The translations under genes and the position numbers were made by a program. DNA of 64,000 nt from NCBI GenBank assembly GCA_020891255.1, contig BQFW01000001.1, positions 1,736,001 to 1,800,000 on the forward strand, written 5' to 3'. A model generated the notes under the pieces. That model saw only the letters and a list, made by a program, of their open reading frames with translations, was not told where the DNA came from and ran no database searches. Position 1 is the first letter of the stretch; each line of letters opens with the position of its first letter. This DNA is from Entomortierella parvispora E1425 (Eukaryota > Fungi > Mortierellomycota). Of the stretch, positions 1 through 11,815 are shown piece by piece.

Positions 1-225
1 CATTGTTCAGAATCCCTACAGAGGTGCAAGCGTCAAAGGATCAGCTGCTGCATTTTGGGTACACAGATACTGCACGCGAGGAAATAACAAAAATAATATC
101 GGCGTAAGAGTGAAGGTCCATGCCATGGGAACAATGAAAGCACATACCTGCTTCTGCCAGCTCAATCTCTCGGCGTTGCTCCATGAGCAAGCCAGTCTGC
201 TTCTCATTCAAGGCCTCCCAACCAG
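1..225 (-). CDS. Partial unidentified spliced gene running off the window start (exon 148-225, intron 16-147, exon from 15 to <1)
   Basis: Acceptor TTTTAG, 78-nt exon reading GWEALNEKQTGLLMEQRREIELAEA, donor GTATGT, then acceptor CTGTAG. No family recognised and start codon not located. Confidence 0.3.
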
Positions 226-695
226 CTAAAAGTCAAAATAAGACAAGTCCGGTCAGTTTTTCAGTTCGTCCGTCAGTCAGCAAGACGCGTCCATGGGGGA
301 CCATGGAAATACTGCAAAAATAAATATGAGTTGCACCACAAGGCAGTCATCCTCCCCAAAACAGAGAGATTTGCATGAGGGACAGTGGGGCACACGCACC
401 AGGAGGAGTCCCATTCATTGATGGCAGTGTGTTTCAGGGGGGGAGATGATCTTGGATGCTGCCGATGGAATGATGATGATGATGATGAGGTTAATGCAGG
501 GTCCAGTGCTGTCGACCGAGTCCAGCGAGGCTGTCGATGTGTGGAGATGATGTTGGAAGGTAACTTCCCCAAGTGAAAGAAAAAAAAATGTGACGTCACT
601 TTTTTTTTTTGTCACGCCACCAAATCCATGTGGCCTGAACAGATCCAAACGATACGAGATTTATTGGTCAATCATCAGGCAACGCAACAGTTGAC

Positions 696-2274
696 CTATT
701 TGCGAGGTGCCATGAGCAACGCTGCGCCGACAGCCGCGGATGCTGCCGTCAACAACTTTGGCCAGATGCGCTGACTATAGGTCTCTTGCAGCCATCCGTC
801 TATCTGGCCATCGAGACCGCCGTTTCCGAGTTTGGGCTCCTCCGTCAGTTCGAACTGGGTTCGGTTCCTTCCTATATGGCGTCTGACCATCATGTACTGG
901 AACTCGAGGAATAACGGCTTTCGGATCCGGAGCCACCACGGAAAGTTTGAACTGACCCATAACTCTGCGTACAGGAAGTACATGACCACCGTTCTCAAGA
1001 ACCGATAGGGTCTGCTCATCGTAGGCAGGCCATTGGCCTTCCATAGCTTGGGGCCTAATAGAGATTCGGCCAACGCCATATGAAACTTGAACGGATCCGG
1101 GAGTCCCACCGCGGATAGGACCTCTCTTGGAATAAACAGGGGCTTGGGTGCCATATGCCTCAGCAACGTCGCACACATTTTTCCACTCTCCGTATCAGGG
1201 TCGGAAAGATGGAGTGTGATGGATTCAATGCAGGCATCTGCACGATCTGGTGTTCGGACCGCCCCTAAAATATCATCCACACCCATAATATATCCAACGT
1301 ATCGCCAAAGATGTAGGTAATCTTCACGCTCTTGCGTTGTCATTTGAATGTCCATCCGGGCCTCCATTACCCGCCACATAATATTCGAGAACCCAAACAG
1401 GGTTGCAAGCAGGTCCTCTTGGTTGATGGGTACCCCGTGCTCGTTCATGTCATAGTATTTCGAGTGAGCACGGCTAATCTTGGCCAAACGTGCTCGAACA
1501 CCAGCATGTAGGAACCGGACCTGGACGATCGACTCCCAAGCTGTCCCTGTGCCTGGGAAGAGATACTCGGGTGAATGGACCACATCGAGAACGAATTGCT
1601 GTGTTTCCAACACTCGCTTCTTGGTGCTCTTGCCCGACAAATAGCCGGTTGAATTAAGGACTTTTGTGATCTTGGGGATCACAAATCCACCCGCAAGTGA
1701 AAAGTGCAGCAGTGCATGCGATATGAACAGTGAGTATCGCCTGGTAGGACCCATTGGCGCAGCACACCGAGAACAGTTGCACAAAAATAAAGAGATCGAA
1801 TACAGAGAGAGTAAGCAAAGGCCTTTTTTTCCATTCATTTCTGGCCACAAAGAAATAAAAAACCCTGCATTGCCCACCAAAAATAATGGGTTTGTTTCGT
1901 ATGTACCAGTAGACATCTTGGCCTCGGCGGACTTTGTCCCAATCCACCCAGTCAGGCACAGTCATCAACTGATCCATCAGGAGTCTAGGAGCAGGACTTT
2001 CTTGTTCACACTCTGGTCGAGCAACGTACGCTCTCAATGCCGTAAGGGCGTCTGCCCCGGGTTTGACTTGCAATGCTTCGAAGGCGTTGTCGGCAAGAAC
2101 ATCGCCAATCTTACGTAGAGGCTCAAGTCGGCTGGCAGGAATATGATCTTCAGTCCACATCACATCATAGTCCCAAAAGGCGATACGTTGGCCAGGCTCA
2201 AGAACCTCTGTTGCTGCTGCGTAAGGTGCGTTTTGATGCCCTTCTGGCAAAGAATAACCCGCTGGGCATGCCAT
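696..2274 (-). CDS. MpaB / rubber-oxygenase (Lcp)-like DUF2236 putative heme oxygenase-type protein; exons 2274-1907 and 1740-696
   Basis: Phase-2 intron 1741-1906 (GTACAT...CCAG) joins VPDWVDWDKVRRGQDVYW to RYSLFISHALLHFSLAGGF. Family motifs seen: RVLETQQF, VRFLHAGVRARL, GVPINQEDLLATL, YLHLWRYVGYIMGV. C-terminal hydrophobic tail. Confidence 0.8.
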
Positions 2275-3343
2275 GGTGTTGTAGAGTGTTAGATTGAAAG
2301 GAGGATGCGGTCAGATTATGAGGGATGCTCGTGCGATGCGGGTGAAAGTGGTGCCGGTATGTGGGTAAATTAAGAGATCGTGTGTGAGGCAAGCTGGAGA
2401 AGATGAGAGAGTCTATGGTGTCAGCGATGAGCAAGGGGATGGTCTGTTCGGAAGTGAGAAGAACTGCTGCCATCTTACTCTTTTTATCTCCTCTTGCCAA
2501 AGACCCCTCTTGTCCCCCAGCTAACCAACCAGCAGCAAACAGGAACTTTGAAGTCCCCATTTGGCCATTGGAGTCTCCTGGCATGTGTCAGGGATGGGGG
2601 TTGTCTTCAAGACTAGTCAGGGCACATTTCACTGTGTGCTTTGGGTACTTTCATGGAGAGAGCAATCCAGGAGGCACGACTCCCCTCATCCCCTTGGGGT
2701 AAGAAATGCAACAGTAAAAGGATCCGAAAGTATGACCTGAGGGTTGAAAATGTGGCGGCTCTTACTCTCGTTTGTTCGGCTGCTTGAACCCTAGGTCAAG
2801 AGGATCTTCACCCACGGCTTGGAGGTACAAACAAATAAACAAAAGCTGCTCGGCTCGCAGCCGACCTCTCGGAGGATTAGTCTGCCAATACACCGCTGGA
2901 TGTTGAACTATTAAAGCTATAGCTCAGTGCACATTCTTCCCGACCCAACGAAGTCATGCAGGACAACGAGTATCGGGCCTCGCGGCTGGGATTGTTGTTG
3001 TTGCCTTCTGCTCACCCCCAAAACCCAAGTCCTAGGAACGCGTCACTTTGTCTCTAGGCTGGCCGAGGCTGATCAAGATCTCAAGGATGAAGGACTGCAG
3101 ACGCGTGAAGTTTAGACCTAGGACTAGGCACAGCAGCAGTAGAGCGAAGAAATTGACCAGTTTCGTCGTAGTTTCTTAATCAGTTCCTTCGTAATGGCCA
3201 AGTCGAGAAGGGGGAAAAAAATGTCGAGTTCGCAGGTCACATGATGACTATTCTCCGATTGGTGGCGTCCTCGTTGACATGCATTGCATGCAAGGAAGGA
3301 ATGCATGTTGTCACCGCGCCCATCTCCGCGATCACGACACGCC

Positions 3344-5854
3344 ATGGGCTTCCCTCGATTGCTTTCCATCTTTTACTGCACCTTTCACCCGATCCAGGGC
3401 CCCAAGGTGCTCTACGAAGTCCCTGAAGGCTCGATTCTCTCCAAGACCTCTCCCCTTGTCGACTTTGACTCCATCTCTGAGTACTTAATTCCAAAGGTCG
3501 AGCTCTGCTCCAAGCTCGTCACCATCTCGACCCCAACCTGCAAAGTCATTGGATTCCCCATTAATCTTGAGCACAAAAAGTTCCAGCGCAATGCTTTAAT
3601 GTTCAACCTGGCATTCGTCTTTGACAAAGACGCAGAGATTTCTTCCTACGAGCCTGTGGTCCGAAAAATGGCGAGGGTGCTCAAAGCCCTCGAGAAAGAG
3701 AACGAGTTCCTGAGCAAGCAGACGAGGCTTCTCATGATGGACCACCCAGCATCCGTTAACAATCCTGCTCCGTCTCTGCCTCCTACCCCTGCAGAAACTC
3801 TGTTACAGAACTCCAGCACTGCTGCCACCACCGCTACCACCGTTGCAACTGCCTCAACCACTTCTGGGGCGACACCTGCACTTGTTACCGCCACTGCTCC
3901 CACTGCTGTGCCCTCGAGCACAACGACGGCGGCGACAGAGAATGCAGAAAAGACAGAGAAATCAGAAAAAACGGACAAAACAGAAAAGGTGGAGATCATT
4001 TCGTCCCCTGAACCGGCCAACGGCGAGAGCGACTCTAAAGGAGCAAGTGGAACGTTGACGCCTCCAATTGATATCTCTCCGAATACGTCCATACTACCGA
4101 CCGCGCTCCCTCCGTTGCCATCGGACGGTTCGACAATCACATCCACTGTGTTGGTCTCTTCACCACCATTCATGTCATCCAACTCGATCTCTGCCATCAT
4201 AACTGCACCGCCATCGTCTTCTCCTTTCCCCATCTCCAAATCCAGCTCGTCTGGTTCAAATAACTCTACCGGTGGTGTATCTCATTCCGCGCCAAACTCG
4301 TTGCAGAAAACCGTAGCTTCTTCTACATCTACATCGGCTGCAGCCCCCACACTCCTTGAACTGGCGCAGACGAATGGCAGCGGAATGCAAAATCTCATTG
4401 AACAGTTGATCGAAGACTTGAACAGCTATTGTGAATGTCAAATCCCGATTGGTAAGTTTGAAATAGTTACATTTACCTGCAGTTTGTCCATTTCCTTCGC
4501 CCTCTCACTGTTACTTCTCTCTACGCTGTAGATTCGGCAAACACCATCAATCTGAAGTTGTTCCCCACATACACAAATCCCGCGCCTGTATACGATTACC
4601 AGGTTCCGATCTCAACTGTGAACCTGGAGGCACTCACAGATGTTAACTGGGACATGACAATGCAGCGGATCACTGGCTATATCAATGGTGTGAACTCTGT
4701 CAAGCGTATTGCTGAATATGCGGATGTCGAAACTGGCTTGGCGAGAATGTGCATGCAGCATCTGTTGTAAGTGACAAGATGTCGGTTCCGAAGCACGGAC
4801 GAAAATATGGATACAACTCTAGAATCTCATGATTATTGAATGGATGCTATAGATATTACGGCTGTATCATCATGGTGGACCTCTTCCAGTTCAAGAATAT
4901 CTATGCGGTGAAGCTGGAAATGATGCGATTGACTGAGGATGTTGCCCTCCAATGTGAATGCGTGAGCTACGTAACTCTTCCTGGTAAGTCTCTTGAACAG
5001 TTGGGCAAACTCTTTGATTGAATCGAGGGCGGGTATTTAACTCTTATCACTTCGTGGCACTCGTAGATATGCATGCGCCATCCTTCGCAAAAATCTTCTC
5101 ACTGTATTGCTCCCTGCAATACGGAGTGGTTCTTCAGGACTGGATCGAGCAGAATCAGATTGCAGATTACAATATTGACGTGAGGTATGTCCATCTGAAT
5201 TACAAGGATATACGAGGAATCCCGTTATTTATTGGAACCGATCCTGTCTTTTATTTCACATTAGACGCTTCATATCTTTTGGAGTTATCAAAGGGTTCCT
5301 CTATAGGGTGCACAAATACCCCATTCTGGATTCTCATGACCCTAACTCCGAGACAGGAACAGGATCAAAAGCAGAGCAAGAATCGAACTCGATCGCCCCA
5401 TTCATACCAGGCTCTTCCAACCAAAACGGAGAAGTACTCACGCCTGGACATTCAGCGACAGCAGCAACGACAGCATTTCCAGCTACGGCTGCGGTGCCTT
5501 CGATTTCCAGTCGACCAGGCACTCCCTCGGCGACGATAACTTCCACGCAAAGGAAAATATACGGCGACACACTGGCACCAACAGATCAAAACACCTATAA
5601 CCCGCAATCTCAACAACAGTCCTCCCATGACGCGCCACAGCCCTCGGTTGTTATACCCCCTGCTCTTAGGAGGTAAGATATGATATCATCCACGATGCTA
5701 AAAAAAAAGTACTAATGTCAGTTCAATTACACTTTCTAGGCTATTGAATGGTCAGCACCACTATGACGAACTTTGCACACAGTTCGGATGTAGCGTTCGC
5801 GAGATGGACCTGATCCTTGCCACGGACAGCCGTGTTAAATTCATTTACCGATAG
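3344..5854 (+). CDS. NPR2: Nitrogen permease regulator 2 (NPRL2; GATOR1/SEACIT subunit), multi-exon
   Basis: Motifs MGFPRLLSIFYCTFHPIQGPKVLYEVP, YLIPKVELC, RNALMFNLAFVFD, YEPVVRKMARVL and, after intron 4452-4531, DSANTINLKLFP; also YINGVNSVKRIA and HLLYYGC. C-terminus reads NGQHHYDELCTQFGCSVREMDLILATDSRVKFIYR* (TAG 5852-5854). Confidence 0.92.
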
Positions 5855-6074
5855 AAGGTGGTTGAGCAATAAAACAGCAACGTTACACATCAAACAGGCC
5901 ACCTTTTTAACATGTCCATCCATGTAGGGGTAAAGATCACTCCCAGAAAATAATATCTGGTTGGTAAATGTGGAATGGTGATTAAAGACTGCTCCTTCAG
6001 AACACAAAGTTTGTATCTGAAGGATGGTTTTTATTCCTGCTTTTTTGGGTTAAAAAAGAGTTGGCAGTCTTTCC

Positions 6075-7211
6075 TTAACGGAGACGACGGGCCTCACGCT
6101 CAGACTCCATAAGGCAGAGGATATCGCCTAATGAAAACATGGACAGATGGAGATAAAATGTTAGACAATGGGCTATAAAAATGAACTTGGTCCTTGTCCT
6201 CAGAGTAGAAGCGATTATAACGACGTTCTATAGCACATCCTTTGGAGATTGTCGTATGTTTCCTTTGACTGCCTGCTCGCCAACTGAAGTGTTATCTCTC
6301 GAGCCTTCCCTGCGCCCCTCTAAAAATAAGAGCTCTATGTTGTATACTCTCTCATCTTCCTCTCAATGATCACCCTCTCCTTTGATCCTGTCCACGATAG
6401 TTGTCTTTCCTGATATGATCGAGATTGATAAAAGAAAAAAAAGAGACGTACCCTCACGGACGGGACCCTTGACGTTACGGATAACGTTACGGACGCTGTT
6501 GGAGTTGGAAGGGTCGTCGTTAAGCTCGACCTTGACCTGGGTGACACCTCCACGGGAGCCGGTACGGCCGAGAACCTTGAGAACCTTGGCGTGCTTGACA
6601 ACGGTCTTATCCTGAAGTGAGGGGAAAAAAATAGATTTGGAAACGAAATCACAATGTGATTAGTCTCTGCTTTTTTTTTGCCTGCATAGGCTGATTTGAT
6701 GAACCTGACGAGATCCCAATCTAGATTCCTGATGTCCATGTATTGTTCTTCCGTAACAATGTCAAGACTGATCCGTTTGTTGGTAATTGATCTTTGGTCA
6801 CTTGTTGACTGATTCCATGTTTCCAAGAAGTCATTTGTAAAAAATAAAAAAAAGAAACTCTTTGTCGTTAAAGAGTAACAGTCTGGGAAAGACTGTAAGG
6901 CGGCATAGTTCCTCTGCAGCTATGTGGAGTTGTCTCTCGGAGTCGGATATTGGAGGATTGAAGAATCCCTCCATTTCCATGTCCATGTAAAAAAAAAGGA
7001 AAAACTGATGAAATCTTTCGCTCAAAAAAAAAAAGCGAGTCGAGAGTGATTTCTGGTGTTGAGCTTGTCGGAAAGTCTCGATCCAACCATGACGGATGGG
7101 CGATGGGTTCTGTTGGTTATTTGTTGGCGTTGCCGATGGATCGATGGATGTGTCCGTTGATGTTCCCGATAGATCGCTCGTGGATGCAAAAACACCCCTT
7201 AAACGAACCAT
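6075..7211 (-). CDS. RPS28: 40S ribosomal protein eS28; exons 7211-7209 (ATG only), 6611-6452, 6127-6075
   Basis: Spliced product [71 protein letters not shown]. Both introns are GT-AG and frame-consistent. Confidence 0.95.
6860..6990 (-). ncRNA. Candidate intronic H/ACA snoRNA in RPS28 intron 1
   Basis: Hairpin TGGAGGGATT-CTTC-AATCCTCCA, ANANNA box AGACAA (6935-6930), hairpin ACAGTCT-TTCCC-AGACTGT, ACA at 6865-6863; the block is bracketed by poly-T tracts. The 3' half is not a textbook single hairpin. Confidence 0.25.
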
Positions 7212-7442
7212 TTTGATAGTTTTGAAAGAGGAAGGAAAGAAACTCAGTGGCCAACCACGATTAAAATAGAGCTGCGAACCCCTTAACAAAGACCTGGCCT
7301 CTCTTGCAAACTCCGAAGTTCGTCTTGCATGAATGAGTGCATGCAACCTCTCCGTCTCGGACTCATTCATTCACGACTACATCAAGAGAAGCATTCTTCG
7401 AATGAATCCGCCTTCAGACCTAGCTTGGACAGATAGCCTGTA

Positions 7443-8822
7443 ATGCGGATCGCCAGGGGAATCACTCATGAGCAGAGGTATCATCTCTGTCTCAAAAAGC
7501 AAGAGTGCCCAACTATGAAGCAAGCAGAGCTGGCTGCCTGGTTCGAGGCCCGGTATTCGTTCTCTATCAGTCAACCAACTATATCACATTCACTCCGGAA
7601 AAGCAGCGAGATTTTGGCTATGGGACCTTGCGCGGTGGGCATAGATTCAACGCGTGTTCGCAAGAGACCAGTCCGACATCCTGATCTGGAACTGGCCATC
7701 TATCGGTGGGTTCAATCCCAGCAGCTGGAGCAACAACAACGATGGCAGCGTCGTCAAAAGCAAATACAGCATGGGATGAAGAAGCGAATCAAAGGTCAAT
7801 CGATCAAAGGGATCGAGGAGCAAACACCACCACCGCTAGACAAACTCACAGGTCCAGCCTTAGTCCGACAGGCAAAGAAGATTGCACAGGAGATGAATAT
7901 CCAGGACACCGTCTTTTGTCCAGGCTGGCTGTCGAGGTTCAAAAGCCGATACAACATCAACTTTGTCGAGCTCAATGAGATTCCACCTCAATCCCAAGGA
8001 GCAATTACGATTGCCAATGACTCTGCCTCCTGCTCTACGTTGTCCTCTGGAATGTCTACACCTGTCTCCGGACCAACCTCAAACTCTATAATGAGCATGT
8101 CGCTGGTGGACGTTCGTCCTTCGATCGCTATTCCGTCGAGCAGTCATGGCGCCTATTCTTCACCACAGCAAGAAGCTGCGAGCTTGGCAGGCTTACAGGA
8201 TCTGGACGGATCGTCAGTGCAAGGCGTTACTACCGATGACACCAATTTCGGACAGTTGGTGTCCATCGCATCCAGCATGGATAGTGCGCCCTCGCAACAG
8301 GATTTGATACCTCCTCACCGCCCACCGCTACAACAAAGAATCATGTATGGACTGTCAAATACTGAACAATATTCATACACACATCCTCAGGATCATACCC
8401 AAAGTCAACTGCCTCATGATCACCAGCTGTCTTTACTTCAACCCTCGTCAGCATCAAGCGCATTGAGCATCGGCCTCCTTCAATCCATCCCAGCATCGGT
8501 AGCGGGTCAAGTTCCCACGGCTCAGCTTCACTCCCCCTCTGCAACACCTACTCCCATCTCTTTAACAACTTCAAGCGTGTCGACATCTCGACCCTTCACT
8601 ACCAGCAACCAGTATTCAAACAATCGTTACTCAGAGGCGCTTGCTCCTCCATTACAGGACCCTGAGGATGTACGGCAAATTCTGAGACGACTTAGGCAGT
8701 ACGCATCTTTCCATCTCAAGGACTCCTCTCGAGCTCTTGAACATCTGAATAGCTTGGAACTGGAGCTCGTTTCTTTGCAGGGCCAAAGTCATGGAGCAGA
8801 CACTGTGTGGCGAACAGAATAA
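7443..8822 (+). CDS. CENP-B / pogo(Tc5)-transposase-derived DNA-binding protein with two HTH domains and no DDE domain
   Basis: First HTH ITHEQRYHLCLKK...KQAELAAWFEARYSFSISQPTISHSLRK. Second HTH HPDLELAIYRWV...LTGPALVRQAKKIA...FCPGWLSRFKSRYNI. The remainder is S/Q/P-rich with a short C-terminal helix. Single 459-aa ORF. Confidence 0.85.
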   Translation: MRIARGITHEQRYHLCLKKQECPTMKQAELAAWFEARYSFSISQPTISHSLRKSSEILAMGPCAVGIDSTRVRKRPVRHPDLELAIYRWVQSQQLEQQQRWQRRQKQIQHGMKKRIKGQSIKGIEEQTPPPLDKLTGPALVRQAKKIAQEMNIQDTVFCPGWLSRFKSRYNINFVELNEIPPQSQGAITIANDSASCSTLSSGMSTPVSGPTSNSIMSMSLVDVRPSIAIPSSSHGAYSSPQQEAASLAGLQDLDGSSVQGVTTDDTNFGQLVSIASSMDSAPSQQDLIPPHRPPLQQRIMYGLSNTEQYSYTHPQDHTQSQLPHDHQLSLLQPSSASSALSIGLLQSIPASVAGQVPTAQLHSPSATPTPISLTTSSVSTSRPFTTSNQYSNNRYSEALAPPLQDPEDVRQILRRLRQYASFHLKDSSRALEHLNSLELELVSLQGQSHGADTVWRTE

Positions 8823-8933
8823 ATAAAGCGATTCATTGTCTAATAGTACTAGGTTGCTTTATATTTGTCTTACGAGAAAACATATAAAAGTACAGGTATT
8901 GAAATGGGTAGCGTGAATGATCCACTCTTGACT

Positions 8934-10594
8934 TTAAAGGGTAAGCATGAAAGAGGCCACGGCAGACAGGCCCATGGCTGCATATCCCAGAGCCTGGAGT
9001 CCATCGTGAAGCATGATCGCGTCATTCTTCTTGGTCTTGGAGGATGCCAAAGGATCCTCAGAGTTCTTCGGGGCAGTTTCATCAGCGACCTTGTTGTTAT
9101 TGTTAGGGGAAGGGGCAGCCTTGTTGTTATTGCTAGGGGAAGGGACAGCCTTGTCGTTATTGTTAGGGGAAGGGACAGCCTTGTTGTTGTTGTCAGGGGA
9201 AGGGACGGCCTTGTTGTTAGGGGAAGTGACAGCCGCTCCGCCATTTCCACCACTAGTAGAGGCAGGCTTGGTGGTATCACTCTTTCCATTGTCCTCAGAT
9301 CCGGTCCCGGCCTTGGGTCCTTGGTAAGGTGAGGGGTCGCCCAAGCATTGAGCCAAGCTCATGGGCTTCAAGCCTTTAGCTACTCCAAGAGGGATGATCT
9401 TCTTTGACAAGTTGATGGTCTCTGGGATCAAGTCGTGCTCCAACGTAATGGGGCCGCCCAATTCGCCTGTCCTTTGGGACTTGACAAGGCCCAGGTTATT
9501 GAGGGCGCTATTGAAAGTGGACATGATCTCGGAGGTCTTGATCTGATGTTGCAGCAGACGCCAATCGTTCGTGTCCCAGCCCAAGGTCCAGATCACTGTA
9601 CTATAGCCCATCTGGCGTAGGATCTCTCGAACACGGTTGTCAGTATCACCGTATGGGGGGCGAACATACTTCATGGTCAAACCTGTCACATCCTTGATAA
9701 TCTTTTCAGTCCATTTAATCTCGGCCACGATCTGATGGTTGGTCAAAGTTGTCAATCCAGCGTGAGACCAAGCTGGATGAGAGCAATGTGTAGCGACCTT
9801 TCGTTAGTTCATGGAGAGGACAAGAAAACCAAGATGCAAACTCTTTTTTTTTTTTTTTTTTTTTTTTGCCCATTAAACTTACTGTGCATGGCAAGGTGAT
9901 GACCTTGAGCAACCTGCTCTTTCAATATCTCTGGGTACTCTAAGACGCGACTTCCGACAATGAAGAATGTGGCAGTGATCTTCTTGGACTTGAGATGGCT
10001 CATAAGGTCACGGGTATCCTCACTTGGACCGTCGTCATATGTCAAACCCCAATCACCCTGTGTAGGGCATGTCATGATATCGGATTCTGCGACACAACCA
10101 TCACAGGACCACCAACAGGCCTCACTGTCAACCTTTTCTTTGGGTGGGCATTCTGGGAAATTAGGCGCGTCCTTCAAGCCCTTGGCCACGGGGATGTTGG
10201 GGACCTTTGACCAATTAATCTCCTCGATCCAGGCCTTGACCTCAGGCGAGTTCAGATCAGGGATTCGGTCCTTGATTGGGTAAGGAGCCGCATTCATGCG
10301 GTTCTTGGCGCGAGAAGCCGGTTCTCGCTCATCTTCGACAGCTTCCAGTCGAAGAAGGTCTGGTCGGGACCACCGAACGGCACCGTGATAGTTGCGAGGA
10401 CTCGAGAGAAGCTCCATGGCTTCGTCCAAGGATGGAGAGGTTGCATGCGAATAACTGGGATTGTTGTAACTGACGGCCGTGCCAGCGACGGCGCGGAAAA
10501 GGATGGGAGCAGTCAAGGCCAGAACCACCAGAAGCATGATCTGGCGGCGCAATTGTGAGTTTTTGGTTGATGGATTAAGGGAGAATTGGACCAT
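8934..10594 (-). CDS. Chitin deacetylase / CE4 polysaccharide deacetylase, secreted and probably GPI-anchored; exons 10594-9883 and 9772-8934
   Basis: Motifs WGLTYDDGPS, ATFFIVGSRV, HHLAMHTWSH (joined across intron 9773-9882), YVRPPYGD and GPITLEHD. N-terminal hydrophobic segment and C-terminal hydrophobic tail LGYAAMGLSAVASFMLTL. Confidence 0.92.
9089..9232. repeat. Coding tandem repeat, 30-nt unit x ~4.8, encoding (A)VPSPxNNxK in the deacetylase stalk
   Basis: Unit ccttgttgttattgttaggggaagggacag recurs at 9089, 9119, 9149, 9179 and partially at 9209. Confidence 0.9.
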
Positions 10595-11672
10595 GACGGG
10601 TTAAGCGACGAAATGAATGTTGTTTTTAATGTAGCGATCAACGGAGAGAAAATTTGAGCGGTTAGGAAGGCGTTGAAGAGAAAAGTATTTATATGAAGAA
10701 TAGACTGGTTCTCTTTTGGCACTACTCTGGCTCTCTGGACATCTGATCGTCTGATCGTCTGGTCAAAGGCCTAATCTCAGGCTCCAAAAAGCCAAGTAAC
10801 GGTTGGCGTGTTAATGGTATTGCAGGAGCAGATCTGGGCTGATTTGCAACCGTCGAGATGGGAATCGTCCGTTGTGATGATCGCGATCAATTCTGAACTC
10901 CTCAGAACCAGTCAGGAGAGCACAATAGAGATTTATCAACAACAAGTGACAAAACGACTCATGCTTCCCTTTATTTTGACAAGTCAAAAGTGTTATTATT
11001 AATATGTATATTTTTTGGTTTTCTAGTAGTAGTAGCAGGGATGGGTATGTACATAGCAAAGGTAACGGGCAGAAAACGGACTGGGCAAGAAGACAAAGAC
11101 ACAGGACAAAGGAACAAAGAAAGTGGACAGTGCGCAAAGTCCAAAGGTACACATTTGAAACACAGCCAGAGACAACGACAGCAAAAGCGTCTGTGCCTGA
11201 GGGACAATAAGAAAGATTAAAAAGGGAATACAAGGGTAACCTACACCCGACATTCTCTCACGGTGTCTCTGTCTAAAGGAGACAAGATGGAAAAGGAAAG
11301 GACATAGGAAAACAAAAGAACAAACAAGAAGAAAAGAGAACAGCAGCACAGCACCATAGCACGGGCAAAGCGGCTTTCCCGGGACAATGAATAAACAGCG
11401 TTCAGTTCAGACTCTGAACTCAAAAGAGCTCCCCCTCTCATCTTTGGTTGGGGATTGGCTTGGCTTGGCTCTTGCTTCCCGCACTGGCGTGGGTAGAGTT
11501 TTTTGGGTAGTAGTTGTGGGGGCAGGCGTGGGAGGGGCTTTAAAGGTCGGGAACTCGAGCAAAAGACCAAGAGCCGTTACTGACTTGCTGCAAGGAAGTT
11601 GGTCGGTATTTTTTTTTGGGTTGATGGGTTAATTGGGTGGTTGGGTGGTTGGGTGGTTGGGTTGTTTTTTTT

Positions 11673-11705
11673 TTGTTGTTGTTGTTGTTGTTGTTGCTGT
11701 TGTTG
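11673..11705. repeat. (GTT)n microsatellite next to GGGTGGTT repeats in the 3' flank of the ECL1-like gene
   Basis: Direct reading: ttgttgttgttgttgttgttgttgctgttgttg. Confidence 0.85.
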
Positions 11706-11815
11706 CTCCTGTTGTCACAGCTGTCACTCGGTAGTGTTCGGATGCCTGGGGGAGGGGGCCAACTGTCGTAGCAAAGTGACAGCAGACAAAGCTGAACAAA
11801 GACCGATTCGCGCGA

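Noticed and set aside
3646-4239. 197-aa minus-strand ORF (similarly 8865-9332, 16803-17261, 36407-36982, 38756-39520, 55853-56341)
   Set aside because: Antisense shadows of well-supported genes on the opposite strand, with no recognisable motifs.
6831-7370. 179-aa ORF containing EFAREARSLLR, reminiscent of the eS28 C-terminus
   Set aside because: It spans the RPS28 5' region and intron 1; the true C-terminal exon ([10 protein letters not shown]) is at 6127-6075.
9089-9232. 30-nt direct repeats superficially like a CRISPR array
   Set aside because: The units are contiguous with no spacers, and they are in-frame coding repeats in a eukaryotic deacetylase stalk.
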